The position numbers were made by a program, and so were the translations under genes. A model generated the notes under the pieces. It did not search any database. It was given only the letters and a program-made list of their open reading frames with translations, and was not told the origin of the DNA. Of a stretch of DNA of 64,000 nucleotides, positions 1-12,249 are shown one piece after another. Within the stretch, counting starts at the first letter, position 1, and each line of letters begins with the position of its first letter. The DNA is from Blasia pusilla (Eukaryota), in contig CM114271.1 of NCBI GenBank assembly GCA_050084515.1, forward strand, positions 2,046,001 through 2,110,000, read 5' to 3'.

Positions 1-182
1 TGATCAATTTTGGAAAATTTCAGGTCGATTTCTGTGTAGGATTGGTCTATGCTTCATTTGGAGCAGTAGAAAGCCTGAAATTATCTTTTTTATGAGTGAA
101 ATCGTTTATCATGGAGTATTCCTGAGCAACAATCACCGGAGAAAAGTTAGTCAAGCAGAATTACAATGTCTGGAAGTTTCGC

Positions 183-2579
183 ATGAAACAATTTCTCATG
201 GGTCAAGAACTATGGGAGCTTGTCACAGGTAATGAGGCCAAGCCAGAAGATGACTCAACAGACTTGAATGTTCACGCTTGGAACAAACGCGCAAGGCAAG
301 TAATGCACTACATTTCAATAATGATCAGTTCGCCAATGATAGGTCACATCCAAGATGTTGATATTTTGAAGGAGACTTGGGATTTATCGGAAAAGCTGTT
401 CCAGACATCTAAAAAGGCCAGAAAACTTCAATTGAAACAAAAATTGAACGAAGTAAGGAAAGGATCGCAGAGCATCAATGATTATATTTTGAGTATCATA
501 CATATTGTTGATCAATTGAATAGCATTGGAGTGACAGTAGAAGATGATGATATGATCTTATTCACTCTTCAAGGCCTTCCAAAGGATTACAAGTTCTTTG
601 AGACCTCTATCTCTGTGAGAGAGAAGTATCCAACCTTTCAAGAGTTAGTTCCTCTGTTGATCAGTGAAGAGATGCGCCTAGCAGGCAGCGGTAGCTCGTC
701 TAGTCTGCAAGAGAGTGAGCTATTTGCAGGTTATGGATCAAACAGAGGCAGGGGACGTGGCAGATTCTTACGTGGTCGTGGTGGATATCAAACATATGGA
801 GGAAGAGGCACTCAATATAACATCACTCAATCAACTATGAACCAATACCAGACACAATCACATGGTGGTGATGGTGGAAACCGTTGGGGTCGAGGTCAAC
901 AGCATAGGGTCGCTGGATCTTGCAATTACTGTGGGATAAAGGGTCACTATGCAAAGTTTTGCTTCAAGAAAAAGATAGATATGAGAACAAGAGCCTTACA
1001 GCAACAAAACTATGTGGAGCAACAACACCAAGAGCAGTACCAAGAACAACAACATTCACAAACGGAGCATCTCTTGGTCATGACTCATCATATGGGAGCA
1101 ATGGTCAAGAAAGACTCGACAGCTGATTGGTACATTGACTCCAGCGCATCAAATCACATGACCTCACAAGAAAAATGGTTCAATAGTTTGGAGCCGGTGA
1201 AAGATCCTGCAATTGTGCTCACAGAAGATGACACTCAACATCATATCACACATACCGGTAAAGTTCCAATAACATCAGATGGTCTTTGTGCTCTTGGAAA
1301 TGTTCTCTATGTTCCTACTATTGCAAGAAATCTGATCTCTGTAGGACAGATAGTAGAACAAGGTTATCAAGTGAAGTTTAACGCAGATGGTTGTTTCATT
1401 GAAACAATGGATGATCAGACTACGATAGCCAAAGGAACTAGATCTGGTAGAATGTTCAAATTAGATGTTTCTATGCCATAGATTTAAACATCAATGTATG
1501 GTCAAATCGACCAACAAGTCACAAATCTAAATGTGTGGCATAAAAGAATTGGACATATGAATCTTCAAAGATTACAGAGTCTTTCATCATCTAATATAGT
1601 AATAGGACTCCCTAAATTAGCGAGTCCTACTACGTTAGAGGTATGTCCTACTTGCCAATTTGGAAAACAAGTTAGATTTCCTTTTCCAAAGTAAGCTAGA
1701 AGAATATCCAAGATATTGGAGTTGATCCACAGTGATGTGTGGACAACATCACAACATAGCCTTAACGGTTGCCAATACTTTATTTCATTTATTGATGACT
1801 TCTCTAGATATATATGGGTATACTTTTTGAAAGCCAAGTCAGAGGTATTCTTAGTGATCCAAACATTCAGAGTTCTAGTAGAGAAGCAGACTAGACAACA
1901 CATTCTGAAATTGGGTTGTGATGGAGGAGGAGAGTATCATTCAACAGAGTTTGATGATTATTTACGTTAGAATAGCATCCAACGTCAAGTAACTTACCAT
2001 TACACTCCACAAAAAATGGAGTGGCTGAGAGGAAAAATCAACATATTGCTAAAGCGGCACGGACTATGCTGAATGAGAAGAACATGCCTTAGGTGTATTG
2101 GGCAGAGGCTGTAGCATGTGCAGTCTTCTTAATCAACCAAACTCCAATAGCAAGAGTTCATGATAAAACTCCATTCGAAGTCTTCACAGGAAGTAAACCT
2201 GATTTTTCCTTCTTGAAAGTATTTGGCTGTATTTGTTATGTTCATGTTTTTTCTGATAGACGTAAAAAAGTAGACCCCAAGTTTGAAAGATGTATCTTCA
2301 TTGGCTATGCTGATGGAACTAAGGGCTATAAGGGCTACATTCCATCCTCTAGGCAGCTTATTATCAATCGGGATGTTGTCTTTGATGAGCTAAAGTCATG
2401 GTATGCTCCATCTGAGCCTATTCCACTTCTAAACTTGTCTGTTGAGGGGGAGAATATGACTATAAACCAACAGACATTTTCTTCAACTTCTCCAAGTACT
2501 AGTGCAGGATTAGGAGAGGTCCTAGATTCATTCGTTCAATCTGCGAGTCCATGGACGAGAAGAGTACATATTCAGTCTA
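183..2579 (+). pseudogene. Copia A gag-protease-integrase (stops, frameshift)
   Basis: Zn knuckle CNYCGIKGHYAKFC; protease WYIDSSASNHMT; WHKRIGH..CPTC; integrase LIHSDVW, FIDDFSR, CDGGGEY; GKGY-like TKGYK. Confidence 0.92.
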
Positions 2580-2584
2580 TTAAC

Positions 2585-3077
2585 TGTTGGATTCTCAACA
2601 TCCACTCCTCTGAGCACCATTGATCTGATCGGCCCCCTTTTATGAGGAGAAGCGTGGATCGATGGTTCCGACTTAGACGTCGAAGGAGTCATAGTAATAT
2701 GACGTAGGTGGTTTACGGAGTAGCGTTACTAGGTTTATCTAACCCTATATTGCATCAGGGTGCGGGGCACCCTAATGCGTCGCGGGGGTCTGGAGGCGCA
2801 GCCCCTGGTATGCCAAGACGACGCGGGGATCCAGGGGCGCAGCCCACCGAAATTTTTTTCTATTAATAGAAACAAAGAAAAATGGGTAAAACCCCTAGTT
2901 TTCCCGAGTAGTCAAATAGCCGGGAGCCACAGCGGTAGCGGATTCTCGTATGTCGAGTGATCTCCTAGTTCAGGTTCCATCGAAGCTCTTCTGTGAGCGC
3001 ACGGACGGACTAGGCCACTTTGTATCTCTAAGTTTTGTAAAGATTTCAGTGATTTCGTCACTTTCTGTTTTCTCACA
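2585..3077 (+). repeat. 5' LTR of copia B
   Basis: TGTTGG...CTCACA; direct repeat of 6668-7118. Confidence 0.95.
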
Positions 3078-3088
3078 TGGTATCAGAG
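3078..3088 (+). promoter_or_regulatory. Primer binding site (initiator tRNA-Met type)
   Basis: TGGTATCAGAG directly after the 5' LTR. Confidence 0.92.
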
Positions 3089-3149
3089 TAGTAGGTTTTC
3101 GAGTATTTTGTATCTGGCGATCTAGTGTGTTTGCACAAAATCTTGAGAG

Positions 3150-6100
3150 ATGGCTACTTCTTCGTCAGTTTGTGCTCGCCCTCCTCCGATGGGTGAAGGG
3201 AAGTTAGATGGGTCTAACTATACGTTGTGGAAGTTCAAAATGAGAACTATTCTCGAATCATTTGAGATCTGGGAAACGGCCACAAGGTCGATTCAAATCC
3301 ACAAGCTAGTTTGAGTTCTGCATGTTCATCTTCATCTGGGGATATCGATCCTGTTGTATTGTTGGCATGGAGACGCAGAAACGCTGATGCTCTATATGCG
3401 ATTGTCACAAATGTAACTGATTATGTCATGACTCTCATTCAACATACAACCACTGCTGCTAAGGCGTGGAACATTTTGAAGAATCAGTATGAAACGAGGA
3501 ATGAGACTCGGATTCAGAATCTAGAGAATGAGCTTACGTCCGAGAAATTTTCAGAAGGAGAAAGCGTGGAGCAATTTTTGACAAGGATCAAGAATCTTCA
3601 AGATCAGATGGCGTCCGTAGGAATTTCAAAATCTAGCGAAGATTTGGCACGTCGGTGCATAAGGATTTTGCCTCCAAGGTATGACAGTTTGGTCACTGCA
3701 CTGAATACTCAAGTAAGACCCATGCCTCTTACTTTTGAACAATTTAGTGCAATGTTGGTAGAAGAGGAAATGCGCTTCAAAGCAAGAGAGGGAAGTGATG
3801 CAGCATTTACTGCCAACGTACAGAGAGGTAGAAATCATGATTATAATTCAAATATCAAGAAGAAATTTCCAAGAAAAACCTTCAAATGCTTTTATTGTGG
3901 TAAGCTAGGTCATCTTATCAAAGATTGTAGAAAGAGGAGTCAGGATGAGAAGAACGGTTGTTTAAGACCTAAGAAGGAGTCTGGAAATTCTGTAGAACTG
4001 GGAGAACATGAAGTAGATGCTTGGGTAGCAATGGAAGAGTTTTGCACACAGGCAGAACATTCCACTAAGACAAAGAGTGAAGATGCATGGGTGCTCGATA
4101 GTGGAGCATCTAGGCATATGACCAATCATAAGGATTGGTATAGCTCCTTACAGCCTCTACAGGAGCCCATCGTTGTTACTGTTGGGAATAATGCAAAGTG
4201 CCCCGTAGAAGGGAAAGGCACAATTTCTTTAGTCTCACAAAAAGAAGATGAAAAGAAGTTAACTGATGTACTGTACGTACCAGAGTTGAAGCAAAATTTG
4301 ATTTCAGTGGCAGTATTATGTGATCGTGACCTAGAAGTTCGTTTCAAGAAAACTGGAACAGTCATTGAGGATGCCAATGGGAAAGTAGTGGGTGAAGGTA
4401 TACGACGTGGAAATATCTACGAGTTGTATGCTTTCACGACAAGTGTAGGTACAGATCTTAGTAGCAGTAAGTTGTGGCATGAAAGATTTGGTCACCTAAG
4501 CTTTCCTTTACTAAGTCAGATGCAGAAATGTGGCATGGTTGCTGATTTACCAACAATTTCTAGAGTGTCGGATACTTGTGAAGCTTGTATGATGGGCAAG
4601 CAACACCGACAACCATTTCCACATGAGTCCAGCAATAGGGCAAAGGCTCCTCTAGAGTTGATACATGCTGGCCTCTATGGTAAAATGAGAACAGTGGCAT
4701 TAGGTGGTTCTTCCTACTTCTTTTTAGTTGTCGACGATTATAGTAGGAAGATGTGGGTGTATTTCCTTCGTGATAAGGCAAGTGCTTTTGGAAAATTTAA
4801 AGTATGGCACAAGCTGGTTGAGAATGAGACAGGAAAGAAGGTACAAAAGCTTCCCACCGATCGAGGAGGAGAATTCTTATCAACAAAATTCAACAAATAT
4901 TTGGGAGAGCATGGAATCAAGTTTACGATTAACCACGGCACATAAACCACAACAAAATGGAGTTGTTGAGCGTCGAAACCGCATAAAGTGGTGGAGATGG
5001 CAAGATGTATGATGAAAGCAAAGGTTTTGAAGGATTTTGGTGAAGTCGCACATCTTGCCGTATACATTCTAAATAGAAGTGCTACCAAGTCAGTGCAAGG
5101 CATGACTCCTCATCAATCATACTCAGGTAAGGTACCATCAGTCCAACATTTCAGGACTTTTGGTAGTGAGTGTTTTGTACATATTCCTGAAGCATCCAGG
5201 ACCAAGATGGAGTCCAAGAGCAGGAAGTGCATCTTTATGGGATACAGTGATGAGTCTAAAGCTTATCGCCTTTGGTGTCCTGAGGAAAAGAAGATGCTTG
5301 TGAGTCGTGATGTGGTGTTCCAGAAACAACCTCGTCAAGTGGCGGATATCAGTGGTCCGTCCACATTATCATCAAACGAAGAGATAACCCACCAGAGCAC
5401 ACCACAAATGTTTACATCCAGATCATCAAGAAGAAGAATTTGGTGATGATTACAAAGAGCAACCGCTCTTCCACTACGGTCGTCATACCCTAAGTGGATA
5501 AAGCAGCTCTTGGATGGTAAGGATCCACCAGCAACTGATGAAGTTGTTACACATCCAAGGAGATCCAAGAGACTAGAGGAGCAGAATAGAGCTTCCGTAC
5601 ATCTTGTCAACATGGCCCTGATGACAGAGGTCTTGAAGGTGGAAGAGCCATCATGCTTGGATGAGGCCCTGGCTCATCCTCAATGAAGAGAGGCCATGTA
5701 GATAGAGATGGACGCTATTCAGAGAAATGAAACTTGGACTTTGGTTGAAAAGCCAAAGGACAAGAAGATAATACGCACCAAGTGGATATACAAGACCAAG
5801 TACAAGTCGGACGGTACATTGGATAAATTCAAAGCGAGGTTGGTCGCACAAGGATGCTCACAAATCGAAGGTTTTGACTACTATGAGACTTTTGCTCCCA
5901 CTGCAAGGATGACAACCATTCGAATTGTTCTAGTGGTTGCAGGAACAAGACGTTGGCCTGTATACCAATACGATGTGAAGTCTGCTTTTCTGAATGGGAG
6001 TCTCAAGGAGGAGGTATATGTTTCTCAACCACCAGGTTTTGAGACACCCGGATCAGAAGAGAAATTTTGTTTACTTCATCGAGCATTGTATGGGTTGAAG

Positions 6101-6638
6101 CAATCCCCAAGGGTATGGTATCAACGAATAGATACATTCTTTCGAGAGAAGGGTCTCATCAAGAGTCCTTCAGAAGCAAATCTGTATGTGTTTTGCGAAG
6201 ATGGGATGTATATGTTGATAGTCTTGTATGTGGATGATCTGATCATCACAGGAGACCACACTAAGAAAATAGAGGAAATGAAGGGAGTGTTGAAATCCGA
6301 GTTTGAAATGTCAGATTTAGGTCTTTTGCACTACTTTATAGCATTGGAAATTTGGCAACAGTCAGATTCTATTTTTCTCTCTCAGCAGAAGTATGCTAGA
6401 GAAATCTTGAAGGCATTCGGGATGACCGAGTGTAATAGCACATAATCCTGTGTTTCATGCTCGTACAAAGCACATAGAGATCCAGTACCACTTTGTTCGT
6501 GAATTGATAGAGAGAGAGGTTTTGAAGTTAGTCTATTGTCCAACAGAGGATAACCGTGCAGACATTTTCACGAAAGCCTTGAGCGGAGATCAGCTTCATC
6601 GACATCTGAAGGGTCTTGGCATAGGTCCAAGACAGTAG
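3150..6638 (+). pseudogene. Copia B gag-pol (frameshifts, stops, internal deletion of RT end and most of RNase H)
   Basis: CFYCGKLGHLIKDC; WVLDSGASRHMT; WHERFGH; VVDDYSR; RT KARLVAQG, DVKSAFLNG, LYVDDL; jump to NPVFHARTKHIE at ~6445. Confidence 0.93.
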
Positions 6639-6667
6639 TCCACATGAGAGTGGATATTGAGGGGGGG

Positions 6668-7118
6668 TGTTGGATTCTCAACATCCACTCCTCTGAGCAC
6701 CATTGATATGATCGGCCCCCTTTTATGAGGAGAAGCCTGGATTGATGGTTCCGACTTAGACGTCGAAGGAGTCATAGTAATATGACGTAGGTGGTTTACG
6801 GAGTAGCGTTACTAGGTTTATCTAACCCTATATTGCATCAGGGTGCGGGGCACCCTGATGCGTCGCGGAGGTCCGGGGGCGCAGCCCACCGTAAATTTTT
6901 TCTATTAATAGAAACAAATAAAAATGGGTAAAAACCCTAGTTTTCCCGAGTAGTCAAATAGTCGGAGCCGTAGCGGTAGCGGATTCTCGTATGTTGAGTG
7001 ATCTCCCATTTCAGGTTCCATCGAAGCTCTTCTGTGAGCGCATGGACGGACTAGGCCACTTTGTATCTCTAAGTTTTGTAAAGATTTCAGTGATTTCGTC
7101 ACTTTCTGTTTTCTCATA
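6668..7118 (+). repeat. 3' LTR of copia B
   Basis: Follows PPT 6659-6667; terminal CA mutated to TA; 42 bp shorter than the 5' LTR. Confidence 0.95.
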
Positions 7119-7269
7119 TTAACACTAGTTAGAGCTCGAGTCAGGTGTTAGAGGCATCTACCTCTGAAAAATAACTTCGTAGATCAAGTAGACTTACACA
7201 TCCAGTTCATAGATTCATAAATGAAGGTTTCCTTCCGACACATAAAGCATATATGATGACTATCCTTCA

Positions 7270-8833
7270 AGAGTAGGAGCCGAGTTGTTTTGAAGAAGCT
7301 GCGAGTAAAGCCGAATGGATTGAAGCTACGGAGGAAGAGCTTGCTGCATTAAGATATCAACAAACATGGGAGCTGGTTGATATACCTTCCGGTAAGGAAG
7401 CTATTGGTTGCAAATGGGTTTACAAAATCAAGGGCAATCAAGATGGTACAATTAACAGATACAAAGCGAGATTGGTGGCAAAGGGTTATGCACAACAATA
7501 TGGTATCGATTATGAGGAAACATTTAGCCCTGTTATAAAGATGGCGACTACAAGAACAGTGGTTGCAGTTGTAGTAAGTAAGAAGTGGAGATTACATCAC
7601 ATGGACATCAAGAATGCCTTCTTGAATGGAGATCTATATGAGGAGGTATATATGACTCAACCACTTAAATACGAGCATCCCAAGTTTCCATTTCGCATAT
7701 GCAGGTTGAAGAAAGCTCTATACAGGCTCAAACAAGCTCCAAGAGCTTGGTATGGCAAGATTACATATGTCCTATAAGAGTTGGGTTTTTGGGTATATGA
7801 TTCTGACTCCTCGTTATATGTCTTGAGAGGAGAAGATCATACAGTTCTCATTGTGTTGTATGTTGATGATCTCTTGATTACTGGGAGTACTGAAGAAATG
7901 GTACAACAAGTCAAGCTTAAGTTACAAGTAGAATTTGATATGAAGGACTTGGGAGAACTCAAGTACTTCCTTGGTATTGAGTTTATCAAGGTTGGAGAGA
8001 GCATGTGGTTACTACAACGACAATATGCTCTTCATATGCTTTCAAAATATGGTATGAAGGCTTGTAAGCCAATCTTTACACCGTTGGACCAGAGCGTGAA
8101 GCTAAGAGTGGATGAAGGAGAGCTGCTTGCAGATTCTAATATGTACATTCGCATGGTTGGAAGTTTGATCAATCTAACTATAACCAGACCAGATTTGAGC
8201 TTTGTTGTTGGCCTAGTGAGCCAGTTTATGCAAGCACCTCGAAAACCTCACCTTGATGCTGTGAGGAGGATTATGCGGTATGTAAAATTCTCTATTCAAT
8301 TTGAGCTTCAATTAGAACCTTCTCCGAGTATTCAATTACAAGGATTCACAAATACTGATTGGGCATGAAGCGTGTCTGATCAACACTCCACATCTGGTTA
8401 TACATTTACTTTGGGAAGCGCAGTTATAAGTTGGGCTTCAAAGAAGCAACCTACAGTTGCTTTACCTTCAACAAAGGCTGAGTACAGAGGAGCAACGAAT
8501 GCAACATGTGAGGCGGTGTGGCTTCATCGATTACTTGTTGAGATTGGTGTTAGTAACTTAGGACCTAGTGTAATATATGCAGACAATATTAGTAGCATCA
8601 AGCTTGCTAATAATCTTGTGTTTCATGCTCGTACAAAGCATGTTGAAGTGCACTATCATTTTATCACAGAGAAAGTGCTTGTAGGAGAAATTGATCTTGT
8701 GTACATAGATACAAATCAGCAAATTGCTGACATCTTTACAAAGGCATTTTCTAGAGATAAGTTTGAGATGTTCAGAAAGGATTTAGGCGTTAGAGATATC
8801 AATATGAGCTTGAGGGGGAGTATTGAAGATTGA
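7270..8833 (+). pseudogene. Copia A reverse transcriptase and RNase H
   Basis: [58 protein letters not shown]; in-frame stops. Confidence 0.93.
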
Positions 8834-9138
8834 GTTACAGTCAAGCTCATGAGACACCTGAACTGCTATATTTGGCACTCATACGATGTAGGGAAGCTTA
8901 ATCTTGCTTAGTCAATTAAGCACGATTATCTTAACTATGGTTAGTTAATCATAGTTAGGCTAACTCAAGACTATGGTTAAGGGTAGGGTTAAGGTTTCTT
9001 GTACATACCCTATATACTTGAGAAGAGGACCAGCCTCCACTCATTCTCTTATTGCAAATTTTGTTCTCCATGGTGGTGTGTGTGTGTGTGTGAAAGCCGT
9101 TTTCCACTAGTTATGCTTGTTTAGCAGTTTTCCATACA
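8821..9138 (+). repeat. Probable 3' LTR of copia A
   Basis: Starts TATTGA (TG>TA) after the PPT, contains a TATATA box and a (GT)n tract, ends ATACA at the gypsy junction. Confidence 0.75.
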
Positions 9139-11528
9139 AGTTTGTGATGATGCCCTTCGGTCTGTGTAATGCATCTCCAATGTTCACCACATAGATAAAC
9201 TCCATTTTTCATGAGGAGATGGATGAGTACGTGATCATCTATATTGATGATATACTCATCTATTTGAGGTTAGTAGAAGAGCATGTGTGACATTTGAGGG
9301 CTGTGTTGTTGAAACTAAGGGCGAACAAGTTGTATGCAAATATGGATAAGAGTGAGTTCGGATTGCGCAAGATCAAGTTCTTGGGTCACGTGGTTAGCAA
9401 AGATGGAGTAAGTCCAAATATGGACAAAGTGAAAGCCATCTCCGAGTGGAAACCGCCTTCCACGGTGAAGGGAATGAGGAGGTTTATCGGAGTGGTGCAG
9501 TTCTACCAAACCTATGTGAGGAATTTTTTGGGTATTTTGAGACCTCTCACAGATTGGACCGCAAACTTTGCTAACACAACTTGGACCCAAGAATTGAATT
9601 ACGCATTCAACCGAGTCAAAGAGATCCTATCGCAGGAGCCAGTGCTGAAGCTGCTAGAGTTCGACAAGCCGTTCGAGGTTCATACGGATGCTAGTGACTT
9701 TGCGATTGCAGGAATTTTGGTAGAGGAAGGAAGACCTGTAGCCTACAAGAGTAAGAAGCTCAGCAACAATGAGAGAAGGTGGCCCACTCATGAGAAAGAT
9801 TTGTTCACGGTGGTCCATTGCTTGAGGAAGTGGGACTATTTGGGACTTCACAGGACTCGAGTATTCACCGACAACGCATCGCTCAAGTATTTTGAGACCC
9901 AGGATCAAGTACCACCGAAATAACTACGATTCCATGATACCTTGGTGTTGATGAATGGGGAACTGATCCACAAGCCATGTAAGGATAATGTCATTCTGGA
10001 TGCGTTGAGTTGCAGGACATGCCACCAACAACATAGATCTTGAGAGCAATGTTCCCTAAGGAAATAGATCTGGAAAGAAGGATTCGGGAGGGAAACATGA
10101 ACCATACTAAGGCAAGCGAGTATCTAAGGAAGTTGAAGCAGGGCAAGAAGGTGACCAACATAAGTTGAGGCATGGTTTACTAAGGTTCAAGCAGAGCAGG
10201 ATTATGTGGGCGAAGGCAAACTGCGAACCAAGGTGTTCGTGGAATGTCATGATGGACCCTTGGTAGGACATAAAGGGGAGAAATCCACGCTGGCTGTTAT
10301 GGCTAAAAGGTTCTTCTGGCCCAACATGAAACAAGATGTTGCTCAATATGTGAAGACCTGTATGACTTGTCAGTCGAACAGGGTTTCTTATGCAAAGAAA
10401 AAAGGCTTGCTACATCCCTTGCCGATTCCGGACGGGCCCTTGCACAGTGTGAGTATGGACTTCATAATGAGTCTTATAGAGTCTGAGGGATACAACTCTA
10501 TACTTGTGATAGTTGATCGGTTCAGTAAGTTGGGAAGATTCGTGCCAACAGTGGATTCAGCGACGGCGTATACAACTTCTCGACTCTTCCTGGATAGTTG
10601 GTGGCGCGCGCACAAATTGCCAAGGAGTATTGTTTCAGATCGGGATCCAAAGTTTACCAGTGACTTTGGAAACACTTGTTCAGGAGGTTCAAGACCAAGC
10701 TGAGTTTCAGCACGGCCTTCCATCCGTAGACGGATGGGCAAACAGAAAAGGTAAACTCACTCGTGAACCAGTACTTAAGGAATTACGTGAGTGTGGACCA
10801 ACGAGATTTGGCGAAGTGGCTGAGTATGGCGGAGTTCTGCTACAACTCCACCAAGCATTCTATAATTGGAGAATCTCTGTTTCTCTTGGCTTATGGATGT
10901 GAGCCAGAATGGCCTCTTGACCTAGCCCTTTTCAAAGGGTACTACATTGACACCGACCCCACAAGCGATGGCAGAAGGTTTGTTAGCGGAAAGGCGAGAT
11001 CGAGAGGAGCAAGCAAGGAGAAACCTTGAAAAGGCTCAACTGAGGTATGTGAAGCATGCTAAGGAAAGCACGTGCCAAGTAAGATTCCAAGTTGGGGAAC
11101 AACTGTGGTTGAGTGTGAAGAATCTCACTCTTCTGAAGGAGTTATCCACGAAGCTATCTGCCAAGTATGTTGGACCGTATGTGATTAAGGAAAACCCGTT
11201 TGAGGATGTGTATACATTGGAGCTGCCAGAAGAGTACATGATACATCCCACTTTCCATGTGTCATTGTTGAAGAAGTATCTTCAGGATAATGAGCGTCCC
11301 GAGCGAAGACATGCATTAAAACCACAATCGATAATCGTAAGCGAAGAACGAGAGTTTGAGGTGGAGACCATCTTGCGTTCGAGGCGTAGGGCCAACAAGT
11401 ACAAGTACTTGGTCAAGTGGAAAGGCTACCATGTGAAAGAGGCAACTTGGATTGCGGAGGCAGACTTGGAACATGCGCATGAGGTGTTGCAAGACTTCAA
11501 ACAGCTGCAAGGGACGTACTTGCATTAG
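9139..11528 (+). pseudogene. Gypsy pol: RT, RNase H, integrase, chromodomain
   Basis: MPFGLCNA, IYIDDILI, FLGHVVS, HTDASD, FTDN, H..H..C..C, SMDF, VDRFSK, VSDRDPKF, KYVGPY; chromodomain FEVETIL..YLVKWKGY..EATW. Confidence 0.93.
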
Positions 11529-12249
11529 TACATAGAGAAGCTAGAGACATGACTTGTGCCATAGGAAGCTTGGGCGAAAGGCAATTGTAACTAGAGCATA
11601 CTAGTATTGCAATAAAGGAATGCATGAATTTGGAGATTCGATGCGTGTGTTATTTGCAATTTTTCTTTGGTAGTGCATGGTAATGAGTGGTTCCTCATAC
11701 GCTTAGGATGTTGGTCAAGAGGATAGATAAGGAGTATTTGAGGCGAGAGCTGGTATTCGAATAAGTGCCTAGAACAGGACTAAGTGTGGGGTAACTAGCA
11801 CTTGGGCTTGCCTTAGCGTCGGCGGGGTAGATCACTCTATCCTGGGGCTTGGGGTGATCTCACTTGTGAGTGTATGAGTGAACTTATTGACGTGCCTAAG
11901 TCGAATACGAGAACAACCCAAGAGTAGTACAAATTGTGTACCGTGTAGACAGGTGAGATGTTTACAAGTTGTGAGCACGAGAAGTTTTAGGTAGCAACCT
12001 CAGTTAGCTTATTTGATAGGTTAGATCGGTTGAGAACGGTCTAGGCTCATTGAAGAGAAGATGCTAAATGATGCTAAGTGTTGCAAGCGACAACCTAAAA
12101 CATAAGCCAACAGGAAGAATTGTGGGTTAGCTACTAAAACGCAATTCGATGTCAAGGGGTTGGCTTCCCACAATGACTTGGTATTAAAAAGGTTTGCGTT
12201 GATGAGGGCATCAACCTCTAAAGAGGGGTCAGTGTCGTGACCCTCATAA
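9139..12249 (+). mobile_element. Ty3/gypsy chromovirus (3' half); 3' LTR split by a DNA transposon
   Basis: RT-RH-INT-chromodomain; PPT-like AAAGAGGGG ~12220-12228; LTR start TGTCGTGA at 12233. Confidence 0.9.

Larger units (their letters stand above)
2585..7118 (+). mobile_element. Ty1/copia LTR retrotransposon B, both LTRs present, nested in copia A
   Basis: LTRs 2585-3077 and 6668-7118; TSD TTAAC at 2580-2584 and 7119-7123; PBS TGGTATCAGAG; PPT GAGGGGGGG. Confidence 0.96.
1..9138 (+). mobile_element. Ty1/copia LTR retrotransposon A (5' LTR outside window), interrupted by copia B and itself inserted in a gypsy RT
   Basis: gag-PR-INT at 183-2580 and RT-RNaseH at ~7270-8833. PPT GAGGGGGAG at 8812-8820. 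LTR-like 8821-9138 ends in CA, and gypsy RT codons (VMMPFGLCNA) resume immediately after. Confidence 0.9.
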
